Positions 54,301 to 62,924 of a stretch of 64,000 nucleotides of DNA are shown here, in pieces. Position numbers and translations under genes: made by a program. The DNA comes from Fimbriosthenelais zetlandica. Its lineage: Eukaryota. A model generated the notes under the pieces. That model saw only the letters and a program-made list of their open reading frames with translations. It made no database searches and had not been told where the DNA came from. How positions within the stretch are numbered: the first letter of the stretch is position 1; each line of letters begins with the position of its first letter. The stretch is taken from contig OZ365112.1 of NCBI GenBank assembly GCA_977030845.1, positions 19,530,001 through 19,594,000 on the forward strand, given 5' to 3'.

Positions 54301-57300
54301 AGTGAAGTGTGCAGGGTCTGGTATTAAGCAGCAAAAAATTAGTCAAGCAAGAAGAAATCAATTTTACAGCGAGCAGTAGTACTGGCACCGAGCTTTACAG
54401 GCAGTGTAATATTTGGTAAAAAGTTGTATGTATTGATGAAGATGGTATCATCAATGTACCATCAGTCTATACTTTACTTACTGACAGGCTTTTCCAATTA
54501 TTGCGGCGGTAAGGGGAGCAATCAAGTAGCGAAGTCATTCTCAGTTTAATAGTTTGTTTTAGAATCTTTATAGTGATAGCTAGGCGGTATAGGAACCCTG
54601 GCTGTGGGTGTCAAACTCTGTACAGTCACAGAGAGGTGCCACCTCCATCTTGCTACAGTGGATGACGTCTAAGGAAGGTTTCAGTAGTTGACTCTGATTC
54701 CTCTTCAACCTCCAGCGGGAGAACTTCTGCTGACATCGCTGATGGAACCACTTCAGCGATGGAGCACGCTTATGTGGCATCCCACTGGTGACCAAGGGTT
54801 GTTCTTGGTCAGGCATTTTGCCACAGATAAAAGAGGATCACTAAAGTCAGATACCAAGATCAAGTCGTATCGGTATAATACAAGAAGACGTGGCTGGGCT
54901 TTCAGAAATCAAGCTGTGTAGAGGATACTGTAAGTAGGATGGGAAAATGGCTATCCAACCCAGGCCACTGTGAATGACATCGTGCAGTAAGCACATCCGA
55001 AACAGATCAAGGATCTAATTCCTTATATTGATATGCATCCCAGTAAAGAGGGATTTGGGATAAATAGAATCCTTGGAAGAAGTTCAATACAATGGTTTGA
55101 GTTTTGGCACCTCCAGGGGTGAGTACGCAGGGAAGGCCAATCCCTTACTCGTCCAAAAGGTCTCTGCGACGTGGATATATAGGCCTATGTGGTCATAATG
55201 TCCTGCCATTGGACCTGATATTTACAATAGTGAATAATTGATGTGTTAGCTATAGGATGGGGACATATAAAGGGCACAGACGCATTACTCCTCATCTCCT
55301 GTGCACATGACCCGGCTGCCACAATGTCTTTTGCATGCCAAGCCTATTTTGCATGAGTTGATATGGGGACAAACACGAACGAACATGTATATTGGGCCTT
55401 TTGTCCAAATGAGGTTATGTATAAGGTCATATATTGCATATATATAAGGTCTAGGATAGTTCCCAATAATATCACCAAAAGTTCAAAGGTCAATGACAAA
55501 GTCAATGACTTGTTCCAACCCAGTGAAATGACACCACCATTATACAACCAGTATACGAGATCCTGAAAACATGATTGAACTGCATTGAAAATGTGAATTT
55601 CTTTAAATTTACCAGTGGACACAGCTTGAAAATCTATCTGAATTGTTCCCCCAAAACAGCCATAAGCATGTCAAGAGTATCATGGAGGTTTGTGTTGATT
55701 GTACCACAGGCTATACAGTGTAAGCCGTCTCCATCTCGGCTTCCCCTCACACCATTACACCATGTACCGGTACCATTCTGTCCCCACTATTTACATTCTC
55801 GTCAGGCACTATAGCCCCTCCATTTTCCCTCATTCCCAGCCTCCCCCTCCCTCACCCACCTCAATATATCACCAGCCTCCAGCAGGGTTACCATGGCAAC
55901 CCATCTTCAGAGTGGGGGAGAGAGAGCCAGATAGGCAGTGTAGCAAGGCAGGAACTATACTCTGTGTCACCTTCTAATGGCTCAAAACCAAGCCCAGGCC
56001 CAGCATCGTTTGAAGATGCATGGGAGGGACTATGATGTTGGTGAGAACATGGTAGAGTGTATAGTCTCAGCCGGCCACTTGTTGACAATGGCTGATGGTG
56101 TTGGTGGTGCACATAACGGTGATGGAGATTGCTGGCAGCGCCTCTTTGTTTTAAACCACTTCATCAATATTTACCACCACCTTCTGCTACATCTGAAACT
56201 TCACCTATCTAACCATAGAGTTCTTGTTCAGCCTGAGAGCCTATGATAAATGGGGTATATGGGATAACAATACTGTCAGCCAGACAACTAACTGTATTGA
56301 AAGACATTAACAGGCAAAAGCAAGCAGAAAGTCCTCAGCTAAGTAATCATTAAGTCAGGAAGACGAAGTAGGACTATTACATAGGAATACTTCACATTAG
56401 GTTTAATGAAATGTGCATGTCCTTTTCATCAATGCGAAGAAATGTTAATCAATACTATATGCACGATTTGTCAAGACATTAAAAGCATATTGTATATACA
56501 CCATAAATAGGTATATAATGGGAGAGCTGTTATTTCCCAGACTCCAGCAGGGCTAGCGATTGGCAGTAAAGGCCCAGACAATAGTGCAATAGAATGAGCC
56601 ACACCCTTGGACAGCACTCTGCCAGCTCGGATACCAGTTAGAGGGGAGAGAGATCGATATGATATCAATAATCAATCACTCAAATGTGTATTGGTGGTTG
56701 ATGGCTGAGTGGCGAGGGAGGAAAACAGCAGTGGTGGTCATTCATCTGTACAGGGGAGAGTTGGCTTCCAATGTGGCTTCATACTGCATAATGTCCCTAG
56801 TCCAAACCACTCGCCCTCCTAGCTCTGCCTCTATTCTCCGGCCTTTCATGAATGGTCAATAAGTTCCATGGTAACTTTACTCCCACCTGACATTTAGCTT
56901 TCACCCCTGTAACTGGTATGTACTAGGTTGTATGTGCCCGTGCTGGTGCTGTGTGTTTTATAGCACCCACACACGATGGTTCTGCTTTTAGTGCAGACAG
57001 AAATAAAAGCCTGCCTCTTTTTTTTATTGTGTTTGCCTCTTTTTTATTGTGTTTTACTCAGATTATGAACAAAACATGGGCAATATCACATATGGACCAG
57101 ATTGTATTTATACCGGGTGGTGCAGAATTGATGACGCAGCAGAATCCGATGTCATTATTATATCAATTCTGTGATTAAAATACAAAAAATACTATATCAG
57201 CATCCACTATGAGAGTCTCACAATGCTTAAAACCAAGCAAGCATGTCCTTCCAGTTTATTCAATTTAAAAGGACATCAAATACTGATTGATGAATTAACT

Positions 57301-60300
57301 ATAGACCCCCCATTTACCCTGTACACTATACTGAATAGCTTAGGCTTGGTTGACTGACGCTTCGTGAATACCTCCTCTATTGAAAAGTTACAAGATAGAT
57401 GCTCCTCTAATGTGCATTTACAGTCAGCCACAATAATTACACCGACAATAAATCAGTAGAAGAAGCCAGTGGTCCCTCAATGGGGGAATTACTGCCTCAG
57501 CCTGACCCATCGCTCTGAAGGTTTTCATTGGAGTCTGCTAGGAGAAAGGATTAATTACATCAAGTGATAATAAAAGGGTCGCAGGCTTGAAAGGTAGTGG
57601 TGATACGGCCACGGTTGTCATGGTAATTGTGCCTTTAGAAAGCTAGCCAACAATCTATTGTTCGCCTCCCAGCGGGGGCCAGAAGGCCGCCATTTTAGGG
57701 ACATGCTTATAACACAGCCACTGCCAAAATGCTTTTGGGTCTCGTCCCTGAACGCGTGCCACTTTCAAGCTCAATCATGCATCATTTTACGGGGACTGGA
57801 TTTTTCACATGCAATCCTCAATAATATTTTAATCATGCCATGGTTCTCTAACGTAATCAGGGCGTAATGACCGAGTTTCATATAACTGGGTTATTTTTAG
57901 AACAATGATCTATTTGAGTTAAATATTAATTAAATGAAATACCATATAGACGTGGATGATTTATAACGCAATGTAATGATCCCCACTTAATAGCAGCACA
58001 TATCAATACATAACATTTAACATCAGCAGGGGGCCTATTACACCCCGTAATAGGGATAGTTTATAGAGAATTAAAGCTGGAAATGCAAAGATTTCATGTT
58101 CATATAGGTCCGGCAATAGAATAGAGGGCAATGTGGAGGGGGCGGGGGAGGAGGCAGTGTATGGGGTGCTTAGTTAGGGTCGTCTAACTCCATAGATGAC
58201 ACTATTAATGCAAGGTCACCTAGTTTAAAGGTCAGTATGGAACCCCCTCAGTAATTATGTGGTTCTCTATCATAATCTCGTGGTTGACCCCAATGTTAAT
58301 ACATGCCATCATGTGCAGTATGTGTATGTGTAAATAAAGTCAATGTTCTGGATGTAGCCCCATATACATAGTACTTATCTTGATGGGTAAATACACATAG
58401 AGTAAGCATCGTGTGTATGCTTCTGAGGTCATGTTTTGACCGTATATTTCTCTGAGACTATATTATTAGACTTTATCTATTCTCTCGGCAGTAAATGATC
58501 AGACCGGACTCCTGTCGATCTATAGGTTGTATATTAACTTTCCAATTCCCTCGTGAGCTTCTAATTATTTTTAATTAAAGGATATTGTGGGTCATTATAG
58601 CCCGAGTAATGTAATGGATATTTAAGTGATTTAAATAATGTGAAAAATACGAGCCTGGTGGACAGTAGCACATTAGGAGAGCCTAGGGTGATGCTAGGAG
58701 AAACGGTCACCATGGTTTCCCAGATTTGATTAGTCATCTAGCAGTGATGGGGAGGAGGTGGGAGGGGAGAGGGGGAGAACGGTGGGCAGGGCCGTCAAGA
58801 TATCGAATGTCCAGACAATTCTCCCTCAGGCACTCATGCTGGGATTTGCTGATAGAAAAATGACAGGGCCACTTGAGTCAACCACAATTAATGTGAACCT
58901 TATAGGCCTACACCCTACAGTACCAACTAGAAGATAGATGCTCACCAATAAAAGAGCCAGATATATTCAGATATTGTTAATATTATGCTTATCATCATCA
59001 AACGATTCCCATTGCAGATTATAGCAATTCGGAGCCTTTGAGAAGGGCATAATATTACGTAAAAGGTCGTATAGATGCTCTGATAGTAGGCAATACTGTT
59101 GCAATTTACATTGTGGTCATTTTAATAGTGTTTAATCAAATAAATGGCAAAGTCCATTAATAAACATTAGCTCTGACTGCGTGTCCAATTAGCCATACTA
59201 GCATGTCAAAGGGTGGATTCATATGCCTTGCTGTATTGGAGACATCACAGATGGCTCTTAAATTAACAATGACCGAGAAAAAGCTCTTGTTTGGAGCAAA
59301 GCCGTTGGGCAAGCATGCCTCATCGCTTCGAATAATAGCACTTGTCAATCAGTTCTAATCTTTTCTTTAGACCCCGCCCACTTGCTAGACAGACTAATAT
59401 GCTTTTGGGAGCTGAATAACAATAGGGTCTACACTACAGCATTGCTTTAGAATGTGAGGTAATGGCTTGATGATTGTGTTTTGAAATGGTGACGGGTGGA
59501 ATGGGATGGGAGGGGAAGGAGGGAAGGAAGGGGAGGATGATTCAAGCACAAGAGACTGCCACCAACTCATGCTGAGCATTATCATAGTGATGATTCACAG
59601 CAATGGCTGCATGCCAGGCAACATAATGCAGAGGCAAGCACAAGTGCAGGAGCAGGGGGCAGTGGTCTGAAGTGAAGAGGAGCAATGTGGAGCAATGGAA
59701 GAGGGGAATGAACAGCAGGACGAAGAGTAGGACAAGGGTAACAGAAGATACTGTGCAGATGTTGCAAGTTCATTTGCAAATGACTCAATAATAGTGATAT
59801 TTGGGAAGGGAAGTGAAAAAGGTGAAGGGTGGTTGCAAATGGAGAGCATCGAGATGAATAGAAGAACGGGAGGGAAAGGATGAGAATTGCCGGTAAAATG
59901 CTGGATGAAAGCATGCTTTAACATGAGCACATCACCCCTGGTCGTCTGTCGGGGTGGGCGGGGTCATTTTACTCATTGTAATCTAAATCAGTCTGAACGC
60001 ATTGGAAGCTCGTGAACAAACACAGGGTGATGCATGCAAAGGTCATGCAATGTGGTATAGAGCACCAAGTTAAAACTGATTTCCACTGTACAGTTCTTAC
60101 TCCTGGTATTTCACTGCCTTCTCCAGACATCAAAAAATAATTTATTCACCAGGCAATAATTTCAGCCCCTTGTCTTATCTTTCCACAAGTGTGCATTTTT
60201 ATGTGTCGTTTATATTTGTTTGGTATATAAATTCAAGATCATAGTGGATCGAGGATTTAAGGATGATTTTATGGGAGGTGAGACCAATGGGCGCCGGAGC

Positions 60301-61510
60301 TGGAGGAGGTGAGGGTAGGCGGGATCGATGTGAGATCTAGGTCAGACCATTCATTATCATACCTGCCCCTCATCACCAGCAGGTATGATTCATACTATAC
60401 ACCTGATGCTCCTCATCTATACAACTATTGTTACAGATTTACACGCCTCATCCATGCAAATAATAGAAAAATTATAGTAAAGTAAATACAGATATATGTC
60501 TATGAGATTATAGATTATGACCCCAGAATAGCAACCATCAGGTCACATTCTTATGGAAAATATGCCAGGTCACACAGCAATTGGCAATTGGTCTCCTCAA
60601 GGAGCACAAAGTCTCCATTGCTGGATGCCATCGACCTTGTCTGTCTGGAGCTTTTGTAAGGGCACAAGACCTCTCATAAGGTCATTGCAAAAAGCAATGA
60701 ATCTGGTTGCCAGACAAGATTAAAAGATGGATACCTTATATGAGGATCCATTTTTCTCAGAAACATCCATTTTTTGGGTGAGATGAGTCATTTTTGTTTC
60801 AATAATGAAAATGATGAGAATCTTGCGTCACCAGATGCTTTGCATTCATATTGAGATTATTTGGATAATCAAACCAACAATTTTGTTGAAGTAAATCTCC
60901 CTTCATCTTTCTCATGAATTTCATTACAGCTGGAATGAAATGGATTTTTTAAACAATGCTGGCATAGGTCATGATAGGATTTAAAGGGTGGGGTCTGCTT
61001 ACAGGATGAGGGGAGGGGGAGGGGGTGTGTTCTGCGCACGGCATGTATAAAAGCCTAATCCTGGAAGCGGTTAACGGAGTGTATTATCGATTGCATGGCG
61101 GGCGGTGGCAATAGTGCTGAGGCCAAGGCAAAGAGCAGCCTTTTACGAGGCTATACGTAATAAATATGTGCTTTACGATCTATATGGCCTGCGATCATCT
61201 ATAGAAGCATGCACTATCAATCAATCGTCTCGTCCCTCAATCTGCCTTCTACGAGTTTAAATGCTCTTACAGATCATGATTTGTCGGTAGATTCTTGGAG
61301 GAGGATTTTTCAAAGAGAAAAATGTTGATTATTGGAGTAAATTGTAGTCTTTTTGGAGGGTGAACTTACCGTGGCAGGAGACTGATGTGGCGTGGCCTGG
61401 GCCAGTGCGGCAGGCCTGTGCTGCATTGGTAAAGTAGAACCTTGTACAGCAGCCGCCGGATTCTCTTCGCCCTTGACCGGCTTCTCTGTCGTTGATGCTT
61501 TCTCCGCCAT
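257..61510 (-). CDS. Ank2: Ankyrin (Ank2/unc-44-like), spliced multi-exon gene span; 3' end probably outside the window
   Basis: Spliced translation gives 24 ANK repeats, ZU5-ZU5-UPA, a death domain and a C-terminal tail, colinear with the ankyrin-B sequence as I recall it (e.g. [43 protein letters not shown]). All core exons have GT-AG ends with matching phases. Orthologue label is approximate. Confidence 0.97.
1391..1468 (-). CDS. Ank2: C-terminal region exon ([26 protein letters not shown])
   Basis: ggttttcag|...CCA G|gtactt; 78 nt, phase 1/1. Confidence 0.75.
2874..3247 (-). CDS. Ank2: C-terminal region exon ([11 protein letters not shown]...EADK; internal donor after 3080) with read-through to a hydrophobic C-terminus and stop at 2874
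   Basis: ccttttccag|AA CAA TAC...; 3080..3247 is a symmetric phase-1 exon (G|gtagag); the frame stays open to TAG at 2874-2876. Confidence 0.75.
4677..4728 (-). CDS. Ank2: Candidate exon ([17 protein letters not shown])
   Basis: ctatacag|GAT...GAG A|gtgaga; phase 0->1 restores frame between 4849 and 3247; alternative acceptor at 4743. Confidence 0.5.
4849..5090 (-). CDS. Ank2: C-terminal region exon ([20 protein letters not shown]...SWPAGK)
   Basis: cacag|AG TCT...AAG|gtttga; acidic S/T/P-rich; alternative phase-1 donor with exon end 4905. Confidence 0.8.
5491..5548 (-). CDS. Ank2: C-terminal region exon ([19 protein letters not shown])
   Basis: ttttcttcag|...G|gtaagt; phase 0->1. Confidence 0.85.
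6943..6960 (-). CDS. Ank2: 18-nt microexon (AHQEMQ)
   Basis: tgcgctcgtttctctag|GCT CAC CAA GAG ATG CAG|gtgaga; phase 0/0; TGCATG about 50 nt downstream. Confidence 0.6.
8137..8237 (-). CDS. Ank2: Post-DD exon ([34 protein letters not shown])
   Basis: ttttcag|...AAG|gtaatt; phase 1->0; motif I recall from invertebrate ankyrins. Confidence 0.92.
9170..9298 (-). CDS. Ank2: Death-domain end exon ([23 protein letters not shown]...IDQA)
   Basis: 129 nt, phase 1/1, donor gtcagt. Confidence 0.95.
9427..9958 (-). CDS. Ank2: UPA end plus death-domain start exon (VLEGKPQ...[23 protein letters not shown]...DDAT)
   Basis: 532 nt, phase 0->1; agrees with ORF 9422..9928. Confidence 0.96.
10091..10319 (-). 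CDS. Ank2: UPA exon (FWLMDCQN...[13 protein letters not shown]...SRDVE)
   Basis: 229 nt, phase 2->0. Confidence 0.97.
10429..10525 (-). CDS. Ank2: ZU5-B end exon ([33 protein letters not shown])
   Basis: 97 nt, phase 1->2, donor gtatgt; strongly conserved ankyrin motif. Confidence 0.97.
12225..12281 (-). CDS. Ank2: Candidate 57-nt cassette exon ([19 protein letters not shown])
   Basis: tttgtcctag|GTGAGT...GCA G|gtagcc; symmetric phase 1, open frame. Confidence 0.5.
12419..12448 (-). CDS. Ank2: Candidate 30-nt microexon ([10 protein letters not shown])
   Basis: Strong acceptor tctttctttcacag; symmetric phase 1; weak donors (gtgcaa, or gttatt 6 nt further). Confidence 0.4.
15233..15283 (-). 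CDS. Ank2: Candidate 51-nt cassette exon ([17 protein letters not shown])
   Basis: ttccccag|...ACC G|gtttgt; symmetric phase 1; CpG-rich island in an AT-rich intron; weak donor. Confidence 0.35.
15803..16007 (-). CDS. Ank2: ZU5-B exon ([14 protein letters not shown]...[12 protein letters not shown]...LRLLCSIT)
   Basis: 205 nt, phase 0->1. Confidence 0.97.
16139..16350 (-). CDS. Ank2: ZU5-A/ZU5-B exon ([25 protein letters not shown]...IRVGLQ)
   Basis: 212 nt, phase 1->0, donor gtcagt. Confidence 0.97.
17501..17661 (-). CDS. Ank2: ZU5-A exon 2 ([23 protein letters not shown]...SFEGE)
   Basis: Phase 2->1; alternative in-frame donor 6 nt upstream (exon end 17507). Confidence 0.93.
17766..17990 (-). 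CDS. Ank2: ZU5-A exon ([21 protein letters not shown]...GPVGAKFQG)
   Basis: 225 nt, phase 2/2, hallmark ZU5 motif. Confidence 0.97.
20800..21090. repeat. 51-bp minisatellite (4 perfect units starting 20873, 20924, 20975, 21026, plus a partial 3' unit and degenerate 5' units)
   Basis: Unit atgcctacaggcactctatgtagaatatcccctgagcttgaagcagtaaca repeats exactly; intronic. Confidence 0.95.
22354..22523 (-). CDS. Ank2: Linker/pre-ZU5 exon (EEKMIVP...[16 protein letters not shown])
   Basis: Phase 0->2; ends DNV...SG like vertebrate LDNVALSSSPIHSG and joins in frame to FLVSFM. Confidence 0.92.
23402..23545 (-). CDS. Ank2: Linker exon ([28 protein letters not shown]...EQMQ)
   Basis: tttag|...CAG|gtaaaa; 144 nt, symmetric phase 0; may be a cassette exon. 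Confidence 0.75.
26480..26562 (-). CDS. Ank2: Linker exon ([28 protein letters not shown])
   Basis: ttttgtag|...AAG|gtacgt; phase 1->0; resembles vertebrate GDDTMTGD...DLKELGDDS. Confidence 0.9.
28315..28437 (-). CDS. Ank2: Candidate cassette linker exon ([41 protein letters not shown])
   Basis: cctag|GT GAC...TGG G|gtattt; 123 nt, symmetric phase 1, open frame; TGCATG about 40 nt downstream. Confidence 0.6.
29812..29986 (-). CDS. Ank2: Ankyrin exon, ANK repeat 24 and start of linker ([13 protein letters not shown]...SEDEG)
   Basis: 175 nt, phase 0->1, donor gtaagc. Confidence 0.96.
30098..30196 (-). CDS. Ank2: Ankyrin exon, ANK repeat 23 ([14 protein letters not shown]...NAVTN)
   Basis: 99 nt, tag|...|gtgagt. 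Confidence 0.97.
30344..30541 (-). CDS. Ank2: Ankyrin exon, ANK repeats 21-22
   Basis: 198 nt, [13 protein letters not shown]...NATTK. Confidence 0.97.
30675..30773 (-). CDS. Ank2: Ankyrin exon, ANK repeat 20 ([14 protein letters not shown]...NCKAK)
   Basis: 99 nt, AG/GT. Confidence 0.97.
30878..30976 (-). CDS. Ank2: Ankyrin exon, ANK repeat 19 ([14 protein letters not shown]...DAESK)
   Basis: 99 nt, AG/GT. Confidence 0.97.
31085..31282 (-). CDS. Ank2: Ankyrin exon, ANK repeats 17-18
   Basis: 198 nt, [13 protein letters not shown]...HCTAK. Confidence 0.97.
31426..31920 (-). CDS. Ank2: Ankyrin exon, ANK repeats 12-16
   Basis: 495 nt = 5x33 codons, [14 protein letters not shown]...NLTTK. 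Confidence 0.97.
32035..32232 (-). CDS. Ank2: Ankyrin exon, ANK repeats 10-11
   Basis: 198 nt, [14 protein letters not shown]...NARAL, donor gtgagt. Confidence 0.97.
32342..32440 (-). CDS. Ank2: Ankyrin exon, ANK repeat 9 ([14 protein letters not shown]...NAKTK)
   Basis: 99 nt, AG/GT. Confidence 0.96.
33799..33897 (-). CDS. Ank2: Ankyrin exon, ANK repeat 8 ([14 protein letters not shown]...GCSTR)
   Basis: 99 nt, cag|...|gtaagt. Confidence 0.96.
34009..34107 (-). CDS. Ank2: Ankyrin exon, ANK repeat 7 ([14 protein letters not shown]...NFKAR)
   Basis: 99 nt, AG/GT. Confidence 0.97.
35175..35188. promoter_or_regulatory. RFX X-box GTTGCTATGGCAAC
   Basis: Near-perfect palindromic X-box. Confidence 0.55.
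36734..36763 (-). CDS. Ank2: 30-nt microexon [10 protein letters not shown] between ANK repeats 6 and 7
   Basis: tttgtccctatttgcag|AGT GGC AGC TTA GTC AAT GAC ACA ACC AAG|gtctgt; phase 0/0; same position as, and similar to, the ankyrin-B insert MMVNRTTE. Confidence 0.75.
37512..37697 (-). CDS. Ank2: Ankyrin exon, ANK repeats 5-6 ([14 protein letters not shown]...VDGTSK)
   Basis: 186 nt, tag|...|gtgagc; agrees with ORF 37488..37682. Confidence 0.97.
37907..38005 (-). CDS. Ank2: Ankyrin exon, ANK repeat 4 ([14 protein letters not shown]...SLATE)
   Basis: 99 nt, AG/GT, ANK consensus. Confidence 0.97.
38122..38220 (-). CDS. Ank2: Ankyrin exon, ANK repeat 3 ([14 protein letters not shown]...NVQSQ)
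   Basis: 99 nt, AG/GT, ANK consensus. Confidence 0.97.
39809..39907 (-). CDS. Ank2: Ankyrin exon, ANK repeat 2 ([14 protein letters not shown]...DAATK)
   Basis: 99 nt, AG/GT, ANK consensus. Confidence 0.97.
41010..41830 (-). pseudogene. Frameshifted relic of a LINE ORF1-like (coiled-coil/RRM) protein fused to a NADAR (YbiA-like) domain
   Basis: Colinear fragments across frames: [25 protein letters not shown]; [32 protein letters not shown]; [24 protein letters not shown]; [41 protein letters not shown]; [13 protein letters not shown]; [11 protein letters not shown]. Family assignment is by motif recognition, not a database search. Confidence 0.7.
45283..45384 (-). CDS. Ank2: Ankyrin exon, ANK repeat 1 ([34 protein letters not shown])
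   Basis: ttacag|...|gtaagt, 102 nt, phase 0/0. Confidence 0.97.
47243..47287. promoter_or_regulatory. Tandem RFX X-boxes GTTACCATGGATAC (47243-47256) and GTTGTCATAGCAAC (47274-47287)
   Basis: Two 14-bp X-box matches 31 bp apart (start to start). Confidence 0.55.
47830..47901 (-). CDS. Ank2: Candidate alternative first coding exon C ([24 protein letters not shown])
   Basis: gagtgATGG context, 24 codons, phase-0 donor GAG|gtcagt (same hexamer as the donors at 16138 and 9169); basic end. Confidence 0.5.
49366..49379. promoter_or_regulatory. RFX X-box-like GTTGCCATAACAAC
   Basis: Fits the relaxed X-box consensus RTHNYYWTRRNRAC. Confidence 0.4.
51974..51994 (-). CDS. Ank2: Candidate alternative first coding exon B (MRNIFKK)
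   Basis: gaaagATG AGG AAC ATA TTC AAG AAG|gtaggt; phase 0; short Lys-ending leader like the alternative first exons of vertebrate ankyrins. Confidence 0.55.
55887..55900. promoter_or_regulatory. RFX X-box GTTACCATGGCAAC
   Basis: Near-perfect palindromic X-box. Confidence 0.55.
57614..57627. promoter_or_regulatory. RFX X-box-like GTTGTCATGGTAAT
   Basis: One terminal mismatch to consensus. Confidence 0.35.
61370..61510 (-). CDS. Ank2: Candidate first coding exon A ([47 protein letters not shown])
   Basis: ATG in good context (aatcATGG), 47 codons, strong phase-0 donor ACG|gtaagt matching the phase-0 acceptor at 45384; Ala/Pro/Thr-rich. Confidence 0.72.
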
Positions 61511-62910
61511 GATTTTGTCAATGTCTAGAGAGCTTCTTCTTCAAAGTGAAAATGTCACCACCCCGCCTCTCACAGTAGAGACAGCATAAGATAATTCACA
61601 CACCGGTTGTAGTCCAACATCGGGGTTCTTTTACTTCTTACAGTTGATAGGAGAGATTATACCCGAGGAAATAATTATCATCGATAATAATTATTATCAA
61701 AAGATGAAAATGCTTATGGTTAAAGCACAATGCAGTTGGATTAAGTTGCTGAAGCTGTGGATTGTGTTTTTAAAGCTGCTGCATAAACATACCTCGGGGT
61801 CTCGTCACGAAACTATGCTGTCTGTCCTAAGGATTCTGTGGGGGTAGAATGCTGTGTAGAAGTATAGGTGGTCGTAGCGTGACAACAAAATGCGCGCCGC
61901 TGCTGCATATAAAACAATTGTAACCCCAAATATACTGCTAATTAATCTCTAAAAAGGCACCTCTATCCGGTGCCCTCTCTGTGCTCCTCCTTTTTTGTGT
62001 AAATCAGAAGATGATGAATTCACCAGTTATCGAAAGTCGGGCTCCGTAGATTTCCCGATCGGAGGGCGCCCCTGTCTAGAGCTTACTCTGTCCCTCCTCC
62101 GACTGGCTAAACCCTCGGTGCAGCATCACTCCCCTCCTCCCCATCTCCATCTCCTCTCCCCTCAGCGCTGCCCTCGGCTGCCAGAGGAACTAGTCAGCAG
62201 ACGACATGCTTGTCATTATGCCTCAGTATAATGTATGCAAGCAGACGCATGTATCTGCTGCTATGAGGAATTAAACCAGCAGCAGACGAATAGATTGGCT
62301 CATGGAAGGGAATATGTGTTGTATATTACATTGACGACTGTAAGTTGATTGCAGCCGCCATTGTTGTTTTGTGCCGCAGCTGAGTTTTCATTGGAGGTAG
62401 ATGCCGGGTGGCTGAAGTTGCAGCAGCAGCAGGAATGCTTTTGTATTAAAGCAATGGCGGCAAGTGCTCCCGAGGCGTCAGCTTTGCTATTGTAAAGCTC
62501 CGAAGCAAACATCGGCAATAGTTAGCATCCTACAGAGAGAAGAGGCTGTCCAAGAACAATTGACAAAACCTGGGTCATGATGCAATGGGTATACACCACA
62601 AGTGTTATAAGGTGAACAAAAGAAGGCCCGTCCAGGAGTCCAGTTAGGACAAGGACTGTCCATGCTCCCCTTGAAACTAACCCTTTCCCTTTCAGGCCAT
62701 TGTCTATTATATACAAGTAAATAACATGTCAATACCATAGGGATTAGATGACTAGAAGGAGAATTACCTCCCACCCCCAATAGTCCAAATTTTGTAGACA
62801 TCTTTCCTCATCCAATTCCCTTCATCCCATCATCAGACAGACAGCCTGTGGAACTCTCTCTCCCCTGGAGGAAGAAGGTTATTGATCCGTCGGTCATAAA
62901 TTAGCATAGC

Positions 62911-62924
62911 ATTTCCATGGCAAC
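62911..62924. promoter_or_regulatory. RFX X-box-like ATTTCCATGGCAAC upstream of first exon A
   Basis: Fits the relaxed X-box consensus; about 1.4 kb upstream of the ATG at 61510. Confidence 0.4.

Noticed and set aside
54580-56160. Two minus-strand ORFs sharing KWF..RCQQ (54580-54816 and near 56030-56160), possible duplicated first exons
   Set aside because: Similarity is only a few short words, and neither has a good phase-0 donor before its stop.
59394-59930. Overlapping Leu/Pro/Ser-rich minus-strand ORFs
   Set aside because: Explained by purine/pyrimidine strand bias of a GA-rich tract; no splice or homology support.
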